Shown here: in pieces, positions 57,623-64,000 of the stretch
Layout of the letters: each line of letters starts with the position of its first letter
How positions within the stretch are numbered: position 1 is the first letter of the stretch
NCBI GenBank assembly: GCA_010093745.1
Contig: MU005959.1
Coordinates: 362,270-426,269, forward strand
Reading direction: 5' to 3'
Length of the DNA stretch: 64,000 nucleotides
DNA from: Piedraia hortae CBS 480.64
Lineage: Eukaryota
Notes under the pieces: model-generated
Databases searched by the model: none
What the model was told of the DNA's origin: nothing
Seen by the model: only the letters and a program-made list of their open reading frames with translations
Position numbers and translations under genes: made by a program

Positions 57623-60600
57623 ATGACAAAAGAGCATTCCGTTCACGGATGGATAAAGAAGTCTAAGCTGGCCATTCGTTCCTACCTGCATCCAGAGCCT
57701 AGTGATGCAGTCCCGGATACCGCTCAGCCTTCGACGCATGTGGTTCCTCAGACCGTTCAACCGTCTTTGAAGGATGCGAAAGATTTGGGTCAGCTGCGTG
57801 ATCTGGTTCTCGAGAAACTCAATGAGGCAGAACGTAGGGTGCTATTATCGAAGCTGGACAGTGATGGCGATGGAACTGAGGACTTGGAAGTAATCATGGA
57901 GAATACGAAGGCACTCTCCAATAATGCGAAGCTTAAAGATAACAGAGCCCTCAATCTTATCAAAAAATTCCGAAGTTCGCTTGCCTGGCTTCACAACTAC
58001 CGAGACTCAGGACAAGCGCTTGTCAGCATGCAACCCATGCCTGCTGCTGGGGTATGGGCCGGGATAAACGCACTGATCGTGGTGAGTAGTAATCAATTGC
58101 TTCTGTTGAACCTAAGTAATGTCCTGTTTCCAGATTGCGGTCCATCATAAGGCGCAGCAGGAGGCGCTTATCGATGTGCTTGAGGTCGTTGTATACACCT
58201 GCAGTTTCTTGAACGTGTATCATGAATGGTTCTGCAAGCTCGAGCCATCACAGCTGTCTAACGCGTTGGGCAACAGTCTCGTCGAGCTTTACGCCCAGGT
58301 CTATCGCATTGTGGCGAATGCCATTCTCGCGCAATCTGCGGGTTCTCTGGCGCGGCTTTGGATGGCAGTTCTGGGCGGCAACAAGTTCGCCGAGTTCAAG
58401 ACACGCTGCGATGAATTGTCCAAGAGAGTGCGAGATGGCTTGATGGACTGTGAATACAACGAGACGAGCAAATGGAGGTTTGAATTGGCACAGCAGATTG
58501 ACGATCTGGAAGCTCAGTTCAGGCGTGGGCTTCAGAAAGTTGAAGACAAGGTCGACGTGGCCAACCTCTCGCTGGATTTCTCAAACCTTAAGGTAGTGGA
58601 CGGGGCAACGTACAACGCGAGCGACGGTTTTTGCCTAGACGGTACGCGCGTCAAGATCCTCGCGGATATTATGGACTGGGCGAAGGGTTCTGGCGACCCC
58701 AAGATCCTCTGGCTCAACGGCAAGGCCGGTACTGGAAAGTCGACGATCGCCCGTACCGTGGCTAGAAACCTCGACGGGGCTGATGTTGGAGGTGAAAAGT
58801 GCATCGTTGCCAGCTTTTTCTTCAAACGCAGCCAGGAAAACGAAAGAAACATCGCTTGCCTGGTTCCCACTCTGGCCAAGCAGCTAGCGCATAAGATGCC
58901 CAGTCTAAAGATCAGTATCGCAACTGCCCTCAGAGATGACGCGGAGCTTGCTGGCGCTCGTATGGAGTACCAGTTTGAAAAGCTTCTCCAACTTCCCTTT
59001 GAGTCAATTATGCAACAGTCCCGGAGGACTGAGCGAGTCATTCTTGTGATTGACTCTCTTGATGAATGCGGCAATGTCAAGGGCATTGAGAAGATCGTCC
59101 CACTTCTAGCCAATTTGACTAAGGTGAGCTCGGTTAACCTTCGAGTCATGATCACGACTCGGCCAGACCGCACCACAAGGGGCTTATTCAACAAAATGGA
59201 TCCTCAACTACGTATGATGATGGACCTGGATGGCATGCAAGAAGAATCGATTGAAAACGACCTTCGTGTATTCTTCAATGTCGAGCTGGCCCAAATCCGT
59301 GACAAATCAAAGAGCCAAGGATTTGACGATCTCGGCGATAGCTGGCCCGGTGAGAGCAACTTCGAGGCACTAGTTCAACGATCCAAGCCGGTGTTCATTG
59401 TGGCTTCGACGATCTGCAAATTTATCGACGATACGAACCCTCACAGGCGTCTGCAGGAAATGCTAAACCAGCGCCCCCAAAAATTCTCATCGCACATGGA
59501 ACAGACATATCTGCCTATCCTGCACTATGCCAGCTTGGACACCCACGGCAAAAAACACCCTGACAGGATGCAACAGTTCAGTAATATCGTTAAGCCACTC
59601 ATCCTCCTGGAGCAACCGCTTTCTGCCAACTCTCTTGCGGAACTACTGAAGTGCTCTCTAAATGACATCAGGGAGGTTCTAGACCCGCTCCGTTCGGTTC
59701 TTCATGTGCCCGCCGAAAACTCCGACCCCATCATTCCCTACCATCTGTCGTTTCGGGAATTTCTGGTAGATCTGGACGGCGAGGCCCGGGCCCAATTTGG
59801 GATCGATGAAGAAGAAACCCACCGGCTGCTGCTCGACAAGTGCCTGGACCTCCTTCGCGGTATCTTTACTGATCGCGGAATGTCCGGGGGCGCCATTGAG
59901 GGCGGTATGTGTGGTCCAATGTGTCCCGGAACTTCGCCATACCGCATCAGCCGGGAAACGATCAGAGAGCACATATCGGAAGCAGTCGAGTATGCAGCGC
60001 GCTACTGGCCCAGCCATCTAATTCAATCAAACCCAGGCTCTAAAGAGCTTGAGAACTTGGATGGCTTCCTGATGACGCATTTCCTGCATTGGATTGAGAC
60101 CATGAGCTGGATGGGTGAAGTGCACGAAGTATGTGGCATCTTAAACCAGGTTCTGACACACGCTTTCTCGGTATGTTAAGCTCTGCACATGCTTTAGCGT
60201 ACAGGAGAGCTGATGTTTAAACAGAAACACCAAACCCATGACTTGAAAGTTTTCTTGGACGATGCCAAGCAGTGGATCCGGGCTTTTGCAAACGCCATTA
60301 ACATCTTACCGCTTCAAACATACTTGTATGCATTGATCGGCTCACCATCCAATAGCGTCTTGAGAGCCCGTTTCAAACACGTAATTGAACGTTCTACGGA
60401 CATTTGCGTCACACCCAATGAGGGCTGGAATGTTCTCGCTCTGTCGCCACCATTTATCGCTGGTATCTCCAGCGTGGCTATATCGGAAGCAGGGAACACA
60501 GTCGCAGCAAGCTTGGACAATGGCTACGTTTGCCTGTGGGACGTTGACCTCGATACCTCTGAAGACCTATACTGTGTCGACGAAGATGAAGACCACATTC

Positions 60601-62639
60601 AAAAACTATTCTTCACGCCGAGTGGAGACGAGTTGGTATCGATCTCCTCCGACTGTGTACGAATGATAAACGTCAAGACAAAGTCTGAACAAGTCCTGTT
60701 TGGGAAGAGAACCCATCCAGACTCGATCGTTGGTATCACGCAGAATCTACAACTTGTTGCCTTGGAGTCAGAAGACCATATTGTACTCCATGACGTGAAG
60801 ACCAACGAGGAGAGCTTTCGGATTAGTCAAAATGTCGGGCAGCACTCTCCAGTCATCTTTTCGCCCGATGGTGGGATGCTGGCCTTTACATCGTCCGATT
60901 ATTCGGTGAGAGTCTGGTCTACACAATCGAGAGAGAAGATGTCTGTACTACCAGGCGGTTCGAGCCATGTACAATGTCTTGCTTTTTCACCGGACGGAAG
61001 CCGTCTAGCCTCCGGGGACGAAGATGGCACAGTACGCGTATGGGATACAAACACTTGGTCACAAACTGAAATGCGTGAGCTCCGCGGAAGTCCTTCACAA
61101 CTGGCGTTCACACCAAGGGGAGAGGGTTTGGTCGTATCATTTGTGAAGGAAACTGGTTATGACCTGTTGGCCATGGGCGAGAGTGAATGGTTTAACTGTG
61201 ATGTGCGCCGTACGATTAGTGCTATTGCATCCTCGTCAGGCAGTAACAAGATGGTGATCGGACAGTATGATGGCCAATTGGTAATACACGACTTGAGCGA
61301 TGAATTGACTCGCCTTCAGTCCCAGGCATTTCTTTCAGAGATAACCGCCATGACGGCTTTAGCCGACGGCCATACTATCGCTATCGGAACGAAGGGAGTG
61401 TCGCTGCAATTGCTTGACATCGAGAAAGTACCCCATCAAGGAAGGGTGCTCGAGGGCCACACTGATAGTGTGACCGTCATGAAGCTTTCGCCTGATGGAC
61501 GAAAGCTGGCCACGGGTTCTGATGATAAATCTGTGCGTCTTTGGGATACAGACCAAGGAGTGCAAGTGTCGGTGATGGTGGGCCACTCTTCGTGCGTAAC
61601 TGCTCTAGCATTCTCTCCAGACGGTGACAGAATAGCGTCAGGGTCGGACGATCGCACCGTGCGAGTCTGGAATGCAAAAACAGGAAATCAACAGTCCATA
61701 TTCACTGAGCACCTTGCAGCGCCGAGAACAGTCACATTTTCACCAGATGGATCAACGGTTGTATCTGGTGGTAAAGATGGCAGTGCGAGGCTTTGGAGTG
61801 CAAAGGATGGAAATCATATATCAAGCTCTACACGAGACGATGCAATTGCAACATGCAACGAGGATGTTAACTTTGACGAGGACCCCTTTACACGGGTTGA
61901 CAAAAACGTCTTTTCAGAGGATGGATGCAGTGTTGCAACTTTAAGCTCTGGCTCAGATCAGAACCATGCCGTTCGGGTCTGGGATGCCCGCACTGGTGAC
62001 TTAAAGTCCATCATCCTGGGACTGATGTTCCCCCCTGCTGTTAGCTTTTCACCGGCAGGAAAAGTCGTAGTAGCAGGGCAATGGACGAGAACTGCATGGA
62101 GGTGGAGAGCGAAGATCGAAACGCTTGATTTTGATCTTTACTGGCCAAATGGCCAGGCTGTTGTTCGTGCGCCATTCTCCGAAAATCACGTGGAGGACGG
62201 CCAGAACGTAGAACCTTCCGTAGGGCAGTGGTTCGAAGCACATTACCCTGAATTTCCAGTCTATAAGCCGAATTTTTGCACAACCTTCCCTCCCTGGAAT
62301 ATTCGGAAAAACTGGGCTTCTTACGGGGGTTGTGACGTGTTCCCCAGCTCATACCCCGTAATACCATACCATGCCTTCTGGGAGGATAGCATAGTATTCG
62401 GGGCTCATGTGGACAAATTGACCGTCATAAGGTTCAAAAGCGAGTGGCTTGCCAAAGTAAGAGAGCTTCAGCAATATTGTTACTGTGCGGAAAGATGGAT
62501 TAAGGACCCTCCATTTCGGCCACTCCCGGACAACGATAGTGACGCTGAGGAGGGTCCTTCAGAAACGACCTCTTCAGAGGAAGAAGGCCCTCCAGAAGTA
62601 AGCCAGTCAAATGGAGATTCTTCAACAGAGGACAGATGA
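57623..62639 (+). CDS. Fungal NLR: helical N-terminal domain + NACHT NTPase + WD40 repeats (HET-E/NWD-like), 3 exons, ~1636 aa
   Basis: Exons 57623-58081, 58134-60170 and 60225-62639 with phase-0 introns of 52 and 54 nt. 'CLDGTRVKIL', Walker A 'GKAGTGKST', 'ASFFFKR', Walker B 'LVIDSLDEC', 'HLSFREFL', 'YAARYWPSHL'; WD40 'GHTDSVTVMKLSPDGRKLATGSDDKSVRLWD'. Confidence 0.92.
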
Positions 62640-62701
62640 ACGAAAAGCCATCTGTGCGAGGGTCAGGTTGTTATGAGATGAGCATGTACTGTTGTTGAAC
62701 A

Positions 62702-63289
62702 ATGGTAAACTACATGTACGTATGGAAACATCCAGCTCCACTGATGGGCTTTATGATTTTGATTGAAATCGTACACGAGAACAACGCCGTCCATCTCCCT
62801 CACAAAGCCACTTACGTCCCTCCGCAATTGGAGTGGGAAACGTCTGACAAGGCTTATCTGATTCCAGCTCTTGAGAACTTCTTTTGCGCCTGGCGGAATG
62901 GAAGGAGGCACGAAAACCTATTGCAGCAAGGTTGGAAGGCGGAGGCTGATAGTTCGATGCGCACTCGTGATGCAACTAACTCTCGGTGCCAGCACCTCGG
63001 AAAAGAATTCCCTTGCTTCGGGTGCGGCAGTCTGCGTCGTCTGGGCAAGGATCTTGTTTGCGTTATGGGTGGGCGATATCGCACATTGAACGGCGCGAAG
63101 TCCTGGCATGGTGAGGGCGAGCATTGTCGCAGCAACATAAGACCAGGATATGATTTCTGTTACTCGACGCTTGGTAACATTCAATGCTCAGCATCAGCGC
63201 AACGATTGGTGTGGAAGGAGCCGGGGACCACGCTGCATACGTTGCAGAGGGGGCGAAGGTGGATTACGACTGTTTGTCGTAGATCGTAG
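62702..63289 (+). CDS. Uncharacterised Cys-containing protein immediately downstream of the NLR (possibly partly degenerate)
   Basis: 195-aa ATG ORF. Coding frame supported by synonymous divergence from the inverted paralog at 52878-53060. Confidence 0.45.
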   Translation: MVNYMYVWKHPAPLMGFMILIEIVHENNAVHLPHKATYVPPQLEWETSDKAYLIPALENFFCAWRNGRRHENLLQQGWKAEADSSMRTRDATNSRCQHLGKEFPCFGCGSLRRLGKDLVCVMGGRYRTLNGAKSWHGEGEHCRSNIRPGYDFCYSTLGNIQCSASAQRLVWKEPGTTLHTLQRGRRWITTVCRRS

Positions 63290-64000
63290 ATGATGAATGG
63301 AGCGTTATGTTGTGGACAAATGTATGCTTCGACTTCATGGACAGCAGCATCGCACAGATTGACCCTTTTGCCTCGGATGCTTCTAATACACACACAAATC
63401 GTTGTGACTTCCATCTAACTTCCTTAAGATGTGTCAAGAACTCTCTATGCGAAAAGATAATCAGGCTATTGACTCTTCCTCTGGCTTGCTTTTACCAACT
63501 GGCCCATTCTCGAGGTCTAGAGGCCAAGCATGGGCTGCATGATGGTGGCAATGCCGTATGATGAGAGAATGGGTCACGATTTGGCCTTTTAAGTGGACCT
63601 TTTCACCAGAGATCGTCTTGGAACAATGTCACGATTCGTGATCCAACGGTGCACTCTTAATCCCAGGCTCAATATCAAGCACATTTACTTTTCCATAGCC
63701 ATATGTCCATCGTATCTTGTGGGCTCTTGACAGCATGTGCTGATGATATCCTGGACTCAGCCGTATTAGTTAATTTTCTCAACAGCATAATGTTTTTCAG
63801 CTGCTGTGACGCGTCGATCGCATCTGCACCCTCTAAGCAACCCTCCACTCCTGTTCAACACCAATGTCGTTCATTATTCCATAATGATATGTTCGTCATT
63901 TCGCGTCAATTTAAGACGACATATGATAATGATATCATCTGGGCAATCATATCTTCGTTATATGCTGGGAATATGCTGGAGATATGATGCGTGGCTGGCC

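Noticed and set aside
51100..64000. Starship giant transposon hypothesis for the NLR island
   Set aside because: No DUF3435 tyrosine-recombinase captain or other hallmark cargo is visible in the window. It cannot be excluded beyond the right edge.

Overview
Eukaryotic window from a compact filamentous ascomycete, probably a Dothideomycete (inferred from protein style). It has 15 traceable GT-AG introns of only 43-56 nt and very short intergenic spacers. Gene-dense housekeeping blocks carry ETR1, RHO2, NST1, a TRAPPC12-like gene, ILV2, ISA2, PGM2, ATG11, GPI17/PIG-S, LNP1, REX2, a metallophosphoesterase, IST2/TMEM16, an MFS transporter and several conserved hypotheticals. Three accessory or decaying islands interrupt them. 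At ~5.8-13.2 kb there is a TPR pseudogene and an internally deleted PP5/PPT1 pseudogene. At ~33.8-37.6 kb there is a Tc1-like transposase remnant with a 21-bp KKAPA-type tandem insert next to an intact dispersed 5S rRNA gene. At ~51.1-64 kb there is an F-box/LRR pseudogene and an intact ~1636-aa NACHT-WD40 NLR, bracketed by two inverted paralogous copies of an uncharacterised Cys-containing coding sequence. Features missed by the ORF track include a spliced 25-aa metallothionein (44130-44254), the 5S rRNA (37058-37176), the F-box motif and the inverted paralog at 52.9 kb. All identifications are by motif recognition; no database search was run.
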